Below, piece after piece: positions 51,337 to 64,000 of a stretch of 64,000 bases of DNA. The notes beneath the pieces are model-generated. The model did no database searches. It was given only the letters and a program-made list of their open reading frames with translations, and was not told where the DNA came from. Origin of the DNA: Catajapyx aquilonaris (lineage: Eukaryota); assembly GCA_000934665.2 (NCBI GenBank), contig KZ538031.1, positions 62,001 through 126,000 on the forward strand, given 5' to 3'. Every line of letters begins with the position of its first letter. Position 1 is the stretch's first letter. Both the position numbers and the translations under genes were made by a program.

Positions 51337-54300
51337 TTACTGCTTGAGGAATATGGCTGCCCCTGTCTGTATCCACTTGTTCCTGTCTCCTGAATAAGGC
51401 ATTTTAAGGCTGGTCACTGTTCTTTGTCTCTCAGCAGTGAAGTACAGTGGAAGGGATATGGTTTCCCTGTGGTGGTCCAAACCTTGACTCTCCTGAAACA
51501 GCAAACAAATAATGCATCTTGTTAGTGAGTCTAACATGTTCACTAACCATATGCATGTGACAGTTTAAAGACAAAATATACTCCTCTCATGCCCCAGTCA
51601 CATGCAAATAAATACGCCGTAGTTCTCTAATATGAAAAAGGAAATGCAGCTTACCTGCGGTACCCAAGCAACGAGACAGATGGGCAGAGAGGTAACACTA
51701 GAGGATTCCTCTGCATTAGGTACTAACTGGTTCCCATCGAACCCGCACCCTTCAAGCTGCAGACCACTCAAGCCCACATACAGCTTGGCTGCACTCCCCA
51801 CGCTCTTCCCCCACCAGCATTCAAACCGCAAGTCATCCATGGCCAGTCCATATTCCCTAGTTGTTTGCTGCTTCAGTGCGGACAGAAAAGTGTCAGGATG
51901 AAAAAGGTTGGATATGTCATAATTCTCTCCCTTTGCTTTTCCCACATTCCAGGACTGGATGGCCACTGCCTTGGCCATGAGTGTGCGGAGATAAAGCATG
52001 GGCTCCTCTGGGGACCCCTCCCAACCCTTCTGCCACAGATCTGGTGTCTCTCCTCGCAGCAGGTCTGTAGCCAGCTTTTGGATGTCTGCATTTGGTGGAG
52101 TTGTGCCGCGTATGACTCGGCTCAAGGAAGCCAATGAGCGATGTACTGACTGCACCTGGGCAGCAGCCCACAACTGCTCACGATGAATGAATGACTTCAG
52201 GGGTGCTTCCTTGGGGTTCTCGGCTGATGATATCTGTCAAGTGTAAAATCACATTGAAAATATCAGTGACACCGTATCAATTGTTACATAAATATTTTCA
52301 ATATTTGAGGCTAAACAGCACTAGAGGGCATACCTTAGCCTGTATTAGATTGACCCCTTGATTCAGTTTCTTCCACAAGTTGAGGACTGGAGAGAGCTCT
52401 GCTTGCCAGGTTTCTCGGTCAAATCTCTGCTCTCCTTCCTTCTCTGCTCCTGCTGCACTTCCACTACCTGCAACCCTCCTGCCGACAGCTCTGAGCTGCC
52501 CCACAACCTGTGTACTAGCCACCTTCTGCCATGACCTCTCCATGTTGAGTGGCAGTCCAAAAAAGTCTGGTCTGTCGTGGTCAGGCATCCCTCTGAGAAG
52601 ATCCTGGTAGTCCTGGTAGGATGACGACTGGGGAAGGACAATCCCTGACGAACCTCCCAGCTTGGATCGACCTGCCCCTGCCCCACCGGACAAGGCGGTT
52701 GAGTTGAAGAACTCATGCAGGTATGAACCCAGAACTCGAGAATCATATTCATTATCCACACGCCCGCCATATATTGCCTGCTCGTAGAGTCCATGAATCA
52801 CGTCCCACTTTATGGGCTTGTTCCCTGGAATGACATAAATCACACTTTAATTAAGCTTCGTTCTCTTACATTATCATAAAAGAACAAAACATTTTCTTAC
52901 AATTTCCGTAAAATTAATATAGATTTCTAGAATCTACATTGTAAGAACAAGCCACAACTAACCAAAAAGAAGCTGCTATCACTTTCAAATGCATGTAACC
53001 CTGTCCAAAGTTGGAACATATTGCAAAGCCACTTACTAGATCGCTGGAAGAGATGGTCAAGTATTTCCGAGGCAGCCCTGAGGTCAGCATCATTGAACTC
53101 ATAAAACTTGCACCATCCCTGTGGGATGTAGGTCCTCCTCTCCTGTACCACAGCATGGAACCAGGCCAAAGCAAAGAGAGACTGCGCCCTTGTCACGTTG
53201 TTGTCCTTTCCTATGTACTCTGGCCGCCAAGCATTGTACGTCCTTTCCAAATTCTTTTTGATTCCTTGGGGTGCTTCGTATGTCACCTTGAGGCATGATT
53301 GGGCCAGCACAGGTGAGAATCCTGGGTGCTGCTGGGATGTCAGCCACAGGCGAAAGTTTTCATTTGGAGATACCAGTGACTTGATCTCCTTTTCCAGGAT
53401 GGGAAGCCAGAAGGTGACCAGATGCAGGTTCTTCAGGCACACCCAGTGACCCACCGTAGCAGCCAAACGCAACTTCTCCAGGGCCTTTTCTGCCTGCCCT
53501 TGGCCCATGGCCACCTCGTGGTACTTATCTGACCCAACAACTGACTCAGCCAGCTCCCTCAACTCCTCAGATGGGTCGGCTCCACCACCCTCTGAGGTCA
53601 TCAGGAGAATGGGCTCCAAGGCAACTGTCTCATCAAGAAGTCCCTTAAGGCTCACAGCTTGAAGGACCAAGCTCCGTACACCCAAAGCCTTCTTGGCAAA
53701 AAGGGTCATGGCAGACCTGAGCCGATCTGGGCGCAAAGCTTGCACTAGAAGAACCTGCTGGAAGAGGGTCAGCTGCTTCGAGGCATGAGGTGGGAAGTCC
53801 TGCTCACACTGGTTACTCCGGCAGAACGGAGACCATCCATCTGAGTTGTCCAACTCCAAAGCCGAATAAAGGGAAGGGAAAGTTGACTGCACGGTGGAGA
53901 GAAAGTGTTTGTTAGTAAAGGACAAATCAACTTCCAATTCATTTTCATGCACAAATTGTTGACACCCCCTGTTGAATGAAGCAAGTACCAAACAAACCAA
54001 TCACGCACTATACCTTAAGCAAAGACACAGCCAGAGTCCTGTCTGCGTCGATCCACTTTGGCAGCCCAATTCTGGCCTCAGATGAATCCAGCTTGAAGTC
54101 AGTCACCAGCTGGCCTGTGAAAGCTTCCCACTCCTGAAATATTGAAAAAGAAAATAAAGATGAGCCCAATAGAGAGAAATGAATGCAAATATGCTGCATT
54201 GGTGATGTGGCATTTCCAGACTCACATTCTTTCCAAACATATCCGGATACATCCCATGCACCATGTGAAGTGCAAACATGATGCAATCAGCCTTAAAGAG

Positions 54301-57300
54301 TGATCTAGATATGTACTGGAACACTAGGTCCTGGAGTGATTTTTGTAGTGTTTGAATCCTCATTTCCGTCGAGCTGCCATCCTTTTGAAATGCGACAAGG
54401 AAAGAAAATATTAGTAGAGTCAAGATGTAAATTTTCCCAGACCATTCAGGCCGTTAGGTTGGATTTAATCATGTCTAAACTACTGTTTTACTAACATGGG
54501 GTGTTCTCAAGGCTTTCTCAAACAGGCGCATAAACGATCCCAAAGAAAACTGGTACATGTTGTTCGCTTTTGCCAGGTCTCCAATCACAAAGAAAAGCCT
54601 GCTACCAAATTCAGCCAAGGGCAAGTAGGAGTCCCTCTCCTGATCCACGGTCTTCTGAACAGTCACAGACTCAGAAAGGGCATGAGATATGGCATTGCTG
54701 CTTGCTTTTGCCTTGTTCAGAGAGCCCACCAACTCCTAGAATTTAATCATAGTTGCAATTAATATTAATCCCATTTATCATGTAGTGCATATCCTCATGT
54801 TGTCCAGTCAATTATTATAAATGAAATCATATGAGCAACTGCCCTGTGTCTGTTTGTATACATCTTACGATACAAAAAACTTCATTGAATGTTACACTGA
54901 ATTTTACATTTAAAAATTGCAACTGAAAAACATGTTAGGAATAATATCACATATGGTTAAGTGATACAACCTTGTTTTCCAGGATGTTCCCCTGTGCATT
55001 CGCAAGCTCTTGGAGCAGTGCCTCGCCCAACTGATCGAGCTGAATCTTCAAGTCTTCCTCCTGTTTCAGAAGTTCATTCTTCCTCACCTCTAGCTCAGGT
55101 TTTTCATGCTGCAGGGCTGCTGCCAAGAGCTGAATAAAAAAAATAAAAAAAAATCACACGCATAATTTATTAACTGCATGTTCAACATGTGAATAGAACA
55201 AGTGACCTCCTCTATGGACAGGTATAAAATACATCAAAATCAGTTGGAATTCGGCAGTATATGGTCAACCCATTCAATTGTAGCAATGTATAAGACATTG
55301 TTTCTAAGATTTATGATAGATTACATAGTGTGAGCATATTTCGCATAAAATGTAACTGACCTGGCCCCTGAGACCTGTCCTTGTCGTTGTAAAGTTCACC
55401 AGAGTAATAACAGCAGCTGCTTCTGGCGGGAGTATTGGGTTTGGGTTACGGGTGGTCAGGTACATCCTGAAGTCAGAGTTATGGTCAACCAATTTGTCTC
55501 CGATTTGAACCACTTCCCTCAGGCCTACAATCAAGATAATGCGCATGGAATTACAACCATCTTCTCTTCTGCAGTGTTATGTCACTTCACTTTGGGAACA
55601 TAAGCCTGTCTCGATATTAAATATGACTGTTTTTCACCTGCACTTATTCTTAGAAAATGAACTACAGTACTTGTAAGATTCAATGGTTACACACCTTGTG
55701 GCTGCAGGTCTCCTCTGAGAAGAGGATAGAGCACAGGGGCCAGAGAATCGACTTCTTGAATGATGAGGACTTTCCCAAATCTGACAGAGAGCTCCAGAGT
55801 GGTGGAAAACTTCTCGTCCTGTTGGGTGGTCACTTCCACTGCCTTCTCCTTCAAGCTCTCCTTCAGCCACTCTGTGGCCCTTGATGATGGGTCAATCAGG
55901 AATGGACGCAGGCAAGTCTAGTGAGAAGCAGAGTTGCACGTGAGAGAGAGTATTATATAACCACCTAAGCACACATCACATAATGCACATTTAAAAAAAC
56001 TGATTCAGATACTTTACCCCAGCATCCATATCTGCAATCTTTGATAGCATGAAAAAGAGAGAAAGTAATAAAGATATACGATTTACTTGTACATTTGTGT
56101 AGCTTTATGTAAGTGGAAATGTCTGCTCATGTTGTAAAAATGGATCAATTAAAATCAACCAGTGATGGTATTTATTACTTTTTTTTCACTGTTACCTAAA
56201 TTAATATCCCTCAGTTACGATGCAAATGCTTGAGAATCTTATGAGCCTTGAGTTACAACATTAGCACTAAACATGACAATAATTGTTGAACATTTAGATC
56301 TACTTTAAAAAGATACACAAAATAAATACTGAATTAATATTCATATCTACATCTGGTTCAGAACTTAAATAAAATGTACTTTAAAACAAAAACATTTCCT
56401 ACGGAACAATCGTCCTTTGTGGCATACCTGATGCACCACAACAGCATTCTCCAGTGACAGCTCATCAGACGGAAGCCCCTGAGTCTGCCACTGCATCATC
56501 TGTCTCTCTGAGCTGAGGAATTTCCTGACGTCAAATCCCTTAGAAATATTGACCATTTGTGACCAACTTTTCATCATGTCCCTCCTGACATCCTCCGGGC
56601 TCTCCGACAAATAGGAGACAAATGCGCCAGCCAGAAGAGAATGTGCAGGAAGCTCCTTCAGGTCCCTTCCCAACTCTTCAGCCAGCTCCTTCCACCTCTC
56701 ATGCTCTTCTGACAGTTTTCCCACTAGACCTTCGGCATTCCCCAACGTTTCTTTAGCCCGAGACAAGCCCAGCTCAATTTCTGCTGCCTCTTTCGTGTGT
56801 TTGTTCAGCTGATTTCGCAGTGTTGCCACAGTCTTGTCTACATCTTCCAAGCCAGAGCTCAGGCGATCTATTCTGTCTTCAGCTACCTTCAAGTTTCTTT
56901 GTACAGATAGAAAAAGCATCCCATAAGTGATCTTTTAAAAAATCATATCATAGCCTACATGCAGGGCTTTGCTGGGGAGTCACATGATGACAATTGGCAA
57001 AAAAATTAAAACAAGACAACGACAAAGTACAGGGCAATATATTATTATGCTTCAAAATAGGTAAGCCCTTATTGCAAAGCTTGCTTGCATTTATCCTCAT
57101 TACTTGATTTCATTGCAGGTGAATAGTGCTATAAACATACCTCTGAAGCTTGGATTGTTCCTTTTCAAGGGGTTTGATCTTCTCCAGCACAAACGAAAAC
57201 TTGACATTAGCCACTACCCAGGATGCCAAAGGTGCAGCAGCTGCCGATGCTCGTTTAGCATTAGTTGGATTGAATGAATCCTTTCTCTCCGCCAAAATCT

Positions 57301-60300
57301 TTTCCACGGCATCCCTGCTCTTTGGATCAATAGTGCGGGCATCAAATGTGCGGATCTCCTCCTTGACACCTCTCTTTGCCAGGAAGGACTTCATGCTGTT
57401 CCAGGAGGTGTCCAAGATTCCCATTAGACACAAAACACCTTCTAGGATGTCCCGAATTACATCAGGGGGAGCACGAAGGGATCGTATCTCAGAGAGGGCC
57501 TCATTCTTTATGTTGCCAACAGCTGACTGAGCTGCTTTCACCAAAGGCTCTATCTCGGCAAGCTCCAAGTCAATCTCCTTCTTCCTGGATTACAAGAATC
57601 GCTTTGAATGAAACTAGCACAATGAAATATGAAATCCACGAGCAAAATACAAATGTAATGCACACAACCACTCTGCATGTTCTTTATAAGCAGAGGCAAA
57701 AGAGCAGGCACAGTTCATGTCACATGTTAACTGTTGGTGATTATTAATGAGTTGGAAGAGAAGAGTACCTCTCCATAAGTCTGTCATTCTCCTTCTCTGT
57801 GTGTCCTTTGAGGTCCTCCATTTGCACCTTCTGGGTGTTCGCATTCCTCATAGTCTCTGTAATCATCTCCAGGGCTGCATTAGCTTCTGCCTGCTTCTCT
57901 GCCAACTGCCGTTCCTTCACTATGGCCTCAGACTTTAATCTGTCCACAAGTTCCTTTGCTTCAGTCAGCTTTGCTACACCAGCCTGTCAAAATTCAAGCA
58001 GTCAAGCAGTAAGTTAGCATAGTCACTAATTACCATTAGTAAAATAAAACAATCTTACCAGAAACCTCTTCTGCTTCTGCTCAATCCCGGTCTTCCTATT
58101 GATGTATATTGTCATATAACTATGTATGAAGGACACATATCGACGAGGTGTGGCAAGGCCTGAAGACACACTCTGGTGTACATTGAGGAACCCTTCAATC
58201 AACTCATTACCTCCTGACACCTTTCTCCTGCTCTTGGCTGATGACGACAACATGTCAGACTTCATATCTCTGCAACAGTTGTAAAAATGAAAATTAATAA
58301 CAATAATCTGCTCAGAGAAATGCATCTCACAAGCTGCATTGCAAAAATTGGGCACATGGAGCATAATCATTTCTGTTCCACGTACAGTGTACTACTGGAC
58401 TCGTAACAAAACTGCTAACAATCTCCTTACTTATTAAGGAACATCATTGGCAGAATCCTCATGCTCTCTTGACTCCATCCTTCCAGCCAGTGAACAGAGC
58501 ACTGCTTGTAAAATGCAGGGTTGCTCTCGCAATTCAGCACGAAGTTGTGGTTGGTGTAGTCCATAATCATGACGACATGCAAGAATCTGTGTACACCTGA
58601 TGCCCAGAAGAATTTGTATGATTAAATGTTAGGCAGTTTTGAAAGAACAAAAAGCTTACGTGCTGCAAAGAAGGACAAGAGAGACCCAGAAAATCCCTCT
58701 TGAGAAGCGATGTCTCTCAGTGGAGATATTATAGGTTCCAGTTCTTCAGGTGTGTATAAACCAGGAATCTAAAATGACCAGTTTGGAGTAAAAAACTAAG
58801 CCCAGTATTACTAAACCCCTGTTTAACATACCTCGCCAGATGAAAGCAGGCTGTTGACCATATCTAGAAAAGCAATGTCAACAATCTGGTGATCCTCAAG
58901 CACCAGATACACTTGACTCCCTTCAACAGCAGCCATCTGGATAGCCTATTAAAATCAAGGGGGAAAAAATCACTGCGGCTGAAATTGCACCCTTGTCAGA
59001 TTAGCTGTGCAGTGAAACTCACCGCCTTCAGGTCCACCTTAAACTGCTTCATCCCGTAGTTCTTCCCTGTCTTGAGTGTGTATATCTTGGCATCATGCAT
59101 CAAGGCCACCAAGTTGATCCCAGATCTCCTCCCTACACCTGACCTCCCAGCAAGCAGCAAGGAACCTCCTGGTCGGGACAGCACCCTCTCAAAAGCAGCC
59201 ACCTGATCTAGTACTTCTTTGATCACCACCAGTCCCATGTCCCTGCTCTCTCTGCCCAGCTGCGACACAGCCCTCTCCACAAGAGATTTCCAGTCAGCCT
59301 GGGACAGCCGCCCCAATGGCTTACCAAGCGTTACAAGGCTTGAGTTGTCAGAACTTGATGATGCAGCTCCTGGTGTCACATAGTACTCATCTGTACCAAG
59401 GGTGAATTATTAGAAGAAATTTTAAAATGGTCCAGTGCAGTGTGGGCATTTTTATCTCCACAAACTATGAGGTGATATGCATTACAAGGGTCCTGCAATA
59501 AGCTGGATTTGGACAGGTTATAAAGTGCAAATCAAAAGGAATGTGACTAGAAATGCATATGGACAATGCCCTAAAACAGGTCAGTATTAGAGGTAAACAA
59601 CAATGATAAGACTCAATAACAAATTTCCCTTTACATTATTTACAGTAAAATCTGTAACAGTTTCAATAAAACGGCCAATCAAATATGTTTAAAATGTAGT
59701 TTACCAGTAAGATGTGCAGATGAGGCAGGAAGAGACCACTCCGATGCAAGCACAGATGACAAGAACCCATCAAACTTGCTCCTGTCATTATAGTTCGCCA
59801 GCTTGTCCCGGAAAAGACGATTGGCCTCATATGCCCAAGCCTGCCAAAAAAAAGTAAAGTAACATTATGTATGCTGATAATGCCAGAGGAACTGCAAGAA
59901 AATATTATGGAACCTTCATTTCGACCCTCCTTATGAACCAATCAATCCTTTCGCAAGCAAGATGTGCTTCATGCCTACAGATTTTGTTATGCAATGCCTA
60001 TCACATGAGTCTCAACTTAATTTGCTGCAGAATAAAACAATATTTTCCTACAGTCGAAAGGCAGCAGAACACTGGATCAGCCAGGTTACTGACCTCAACA
60101 AGAGCTTGCATACTGGAACCTAAGTCATATCTAAGAAGTCCAAGTGTCCACAGGGTCAGCTCACGAGGAGTGAAGAGGTAGTGGCTCTTCTCAACCACAG
60201 TGAATGAGTTTCGGGCCTGCTCGTACACCTGAATCATGGAAGAGGCAAGCTGCATGATTTTCTGAGATGAAGCTGATATGGGATGACTAGGCAGAATGGA

Positions 60301-63300
60301 CCTCAGCATCATTGAGAGGTAGGAATTGTAGACATATTTCAGTTGCTCATTGTCAGGATACCTGTGGTAAAAACACTGGTAATTGTATCATAACAAATTC
60401 TGGGTGGGTGGGAGAAACGCAAGAGAGACACTCACCCGATTGAACTGATCCGCACTATAGAAGTGAACCTCGGTGATAATGGATGCCTACCCAAGGCATT
60501 TCCACCTGTCATACTACCAACAATAAGAATACCTTCCAGTCCCACCCATTCCAGGTTGTTGTCATAAAATCCCTTATAAGTGAGGACTTGCTGGAGAAAT
60601 TCAATCAACTGACAGGTGCCCCACTTGTCTGGCTTCACCAGGTTCAGATCCTTGAAGTACATGATCAGTCGCTCTGAGTCCTTGGGCCTGTAGACTCTTC
60701 CAGTATTGGTGGATATTGTCATGCACATCTATCCGTAAAAAAATGAGGTATACAGTAAAGGTATTGACATGGTAATCAAGATGTGCAATACCTGCGTGAG
60801 TTTTTGTAAAACATGCTGAGGAGTAATTTGAGCACTGCAATGAATGGTGGCCACTTGTGTTGATCGCATCTTTGCAAAAATGTAGTTCATCATCATGCTA
60901 GAGACAAAAGTATTCCATTAACAAAAGTTGCGTTGCAATAATAATATGGAAATGCAATAATGTCAGTTAAGTACCTCTTCCCACAACCTTCAGGACCAAC
61001 CAGCAGGAATGGCTGCTGTGACTCTGGTTGAAGCCATACCCTCAGGTTGTCCAAGGTCCTCTGTGCCTCCACAGTCTTGATGAGTGGGAGCTGTCCTTCC
61101 TCATTCATCCTGGGGTCGTCATCGTCCCTGACCCGATACACCTCCAGACGGTCCTTTGCTTGGTCGTAGTACGTGTTGAGACTTTGGGAGTCGTCCCCAA
61201 CTCCTTCACCGGTCCACGACAAGACCAACTTGGCAAATTCAGCCTTCCGATCATCCCCAATGTTGCCTCCTAGTCCTCTGATCAGTTGCACAGCAAACTC
61301 AGCCTTGGATGTGATCCCATGTAGCTGCGACAGGCCATTAAACACCAGCCCGACCAGTGATACAGGCACAGCCAGCTCTCCTTGCCTCACCCAGTCCAAA
61401 GCACGATAAAAGTAGTCCTCCAAAAGAGGCTGGAGGTAAGTAGCTGTTTCTTGGGTGCCCAACCACGACTTCACCAGGCTTTTAACATCCAGCTCCTCGT
61501 CACTGCCATGGGAAATAAGTGTTGTTACTGGCTTAATAGATCTTTGTAAGAAGTAGGTGGTTTGTTCAGGGTAAGAGTGGGAAACGCTATCCTTCAATCA
61601 CTTATATGTGTGGCAACTCAACAGAAGTATCAATAGGACACAAATGATCTTACCATAATTAAAAATCAATTGCAAAACATACTTTTGCAGCTTGAACCTA
61701 AACTAAAACTCTATTTGGGTACATCACCATTGTTTCAGAAGTAGTCACATCTCACCTGAGAAAGATCATTCCCATTCTGGAAATGGTGGCTGGCGAGGCA
61801 TAACTGAGGTCGTGTGTCTCAAATATGAAGTTGACATTTGGGCCAAACTGAATCCTCCATCCTGAGGGGAGAGTCAAAAGCCTGTTGTCATCAAGAACAG
61901 AGTTCAGTGACTCCACCCATTCTGGGTCAATGTCCCCATCACACACTATCCATGATGTCACATCTGCAAAAGAGAATGCATTACAGTAGGTAGCCAATTA
62001 CAGTAGTTTCAACAATCACAGGATACTCTGTAATCAGATTCTATGCATAATCCGACATGAGTATGCAGCTCTCTATTTTATGCTGTAGGAATGCAAGCAG
62101 TATCTCAGAATTCCAGAGAAGTAACAATTTTTTAACCTTTGCTCACTATAAAATCATGTAATTACCTGGCGGCTCCCCGTAGACCTGCAGAGCAGATATG
62201 GTGAGAACTCCATCTTTCCATTGCCGTGTGTCCAAGTCAATTTGTCCTAGTAGCTGAGTGCGAGGCATGGCCTTTGGATTAATTGTGTACTGCTTCACAG
62301 TCCGCCCTGTCTTAAGCAGTGCTTGTCTCAGCACCCTTATAAGTGAGGTCTTCCCTGATCCGCTGGGCCCAACCACCACAACGCCCATTCTCTGCTGCAG
62401 CTGTTCATGCAGCTCCATGCATTTCCTTTGCTGCCTCTCGCTCTCCTCCAATCCCAACTCCTTGAATGCAGTCTGCACTGCAGCCCACAGATCTCCATGT
62501 GCAGCATCACTAAAGCTGCACCCAGGAAACACATCCTTAACTAGAGCATCAAACTTATGCGAGTCCCCTGAGGTCAACTTTGACAGCGTATTGAGCCTAA
62601 GGGCCCTCACCACCACCTCAGCCTCTTTATTCTCATCAAGGGTCAGCGAATCCTTCCCTTCCCGTTTCATGAAAGATTTCCACTCTTTTAGTGCTGTTCC
62701 ACATCCTTTCAGAACTGTCTTGAGGGCACGCAGGCCCCAGTCATAGTGCTGCTGAGGTGACAGAAGCTCACCAGACAGCCGAAAAACCTCAACCAGTTTG
62801 TGGCCAATGCTGCGAGCATGCTTGAAGCCCTCTGTGTACAGGATGACCTGAAAAATAGTAAGCGCACACATGATAACTGCAATAACAACAACGACAATAA
62901 CAACTCACCTCAGCAATTAGGTCGTTATCTGGCTTGGACATGACAACAGGCCTGAAGAGCTGCTTCAGATTGTCAGGTAATTTCTGTCTGCCTCCATAAC
63001 CCTTTCCAGCAGGGTTAAGGGTGACAAATATTCCAGAATTGGGGTCCAGTGCTACCTCCTCATCCAGGATACGAACCGACTTGGCCCCAGTTTTTAGTGC
63101 AGTTTGGATGGGCTGGATTTGCATCGAGACAGCTGACAAGGTGGCCTCCTCCAGCCTGTTGAACTCATCAAAACAACCCCATGCTCCGCATTTGACTAGC
63201 CCAACAAATATACGTCCCATGGAGCGAACATCTATCCCTTCATCACAGTTGAACACTAGGACCTGCCGTCCGAACAAGCCACCCAGGGCCTTTACTGACT

Positions 63301-64000
63301 CAGTCTTGCCTGTGCCTGCTGGGCCATATGGATTGCCTCCAAATCCCATGTGCATTCCCTGGGTTAGGGTCAGATAGCATTTATCTGTTAGGGGTGTGTG
63401 AACTAGTTTTGGAGCATTGCCCTGGTACTCATACGTGTATTGGAATTCGGCATCTACCATCTTGGCCACAGCCACACCATCACTGCGAAGGTAGAATCTG
63501 AAAAAAAAGAAGCAGCATCATACATAAGAGCATGTCATTTGATACTAGTAAGTGACATTGACAGTTTACAATGAAGTATAAAGCCTCCTGACCTGAGCTG
63601 CTTTTGCCAAGCCCAATCTGCAACGCTCTTGACGCCAGCCTTGATAAGTTGCTCCACAATGCTGATGTACAAAATGATGTCTAGCACGAGCGCTTTGAGT
63701 TTCAGTTCAAGTACTATTCCCTCAGTGTCTTCCAAGTCCATTTCTACATTGGTATAGGCCTCCAGCTGTCCTTTCAGCTCGACCATCAGCTCATGTAGTC
63801 CTCCACTCGATATGGCTTCCTCACATTTCTCTGAAAACATTACAGCCTCTCCCAGGCACAGAATCTGGGAGGGGTACTTGTTGGGATCAGGTCCTGTGAC
63901 ATTGCGATGACCATCTCCCAGGCACTCCATCAGTAGAGACTTCAGAGTATCCCGCATCTCAGTGGACAGTTCGTTCAGCCATTCCTCCACTTCAGGGCTA
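51337..64000 (-). CDS. DYNC2H1: Cytoplasmic dynein-2 heavy chain, 3' portion (AAA1 to C-terminus), 27 exons in window, 5'-truncated
   Basis: Exons traced from 63593->64000, 62909-63497, 62166-62847, 61756-61963, 60975-61502 through to 53037-53886, 52334-52824, 51655-52233, 51337-51492, all GT-AG. P-loops [24 protein letters not shown] and the dynein-2-typical [43 protein letters not shown]. Confidence 0.97.

Noticed and set aside
51632..63377. Plus-strand ORFs over dynein
   Set aside because: Antisense shadows of DYNC2H1 exons.

Overview
Eukaryotic, almost certainly arthropod, genomic DNA with short spliceosomal introns, a DUF4779-type gene and mosaic CpG depletion. The right two-thirds (about 26-64 kb) is a compact cluster of intact genes whose exons I traced by hand: a PX-PH-HKD phospholipase D (minus, 22 coding exons), a C6orf89/BRAP-like gene (plus, head-to-head with PLD), an SLC25A15-type mitochondrial ornithine carrier (plus), a GT11 alpha-1,2-fucosyltransferase (minus), a secreted Gly/His/Lys/Asn-rich DUF4779-like protein (plus), and the 3' part of cytoplasmic dynein-2 heavy chain (minus, running off the window). 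A tRNA-derived SINE, several MITEs and AAT microsatellites lie between and inside these genes. The left third (1-23.6 kb) looks like the 5' part of a large minus-strand gene I cannot identify. It has a clean ATG exon at 22.9-23.2 kb, several candidate alternative exons ending in phase-2 donors, many CACGTG/CRE/AP-1 sites, and kb-scale patches with strongly elevated homopolymer content. Those patches are the main unexplained signal and may be an assembly or sequence artefact. I found no CRISPR array, rRNA or true tRNA gene, and I cannot claim a new biological system with confidence.
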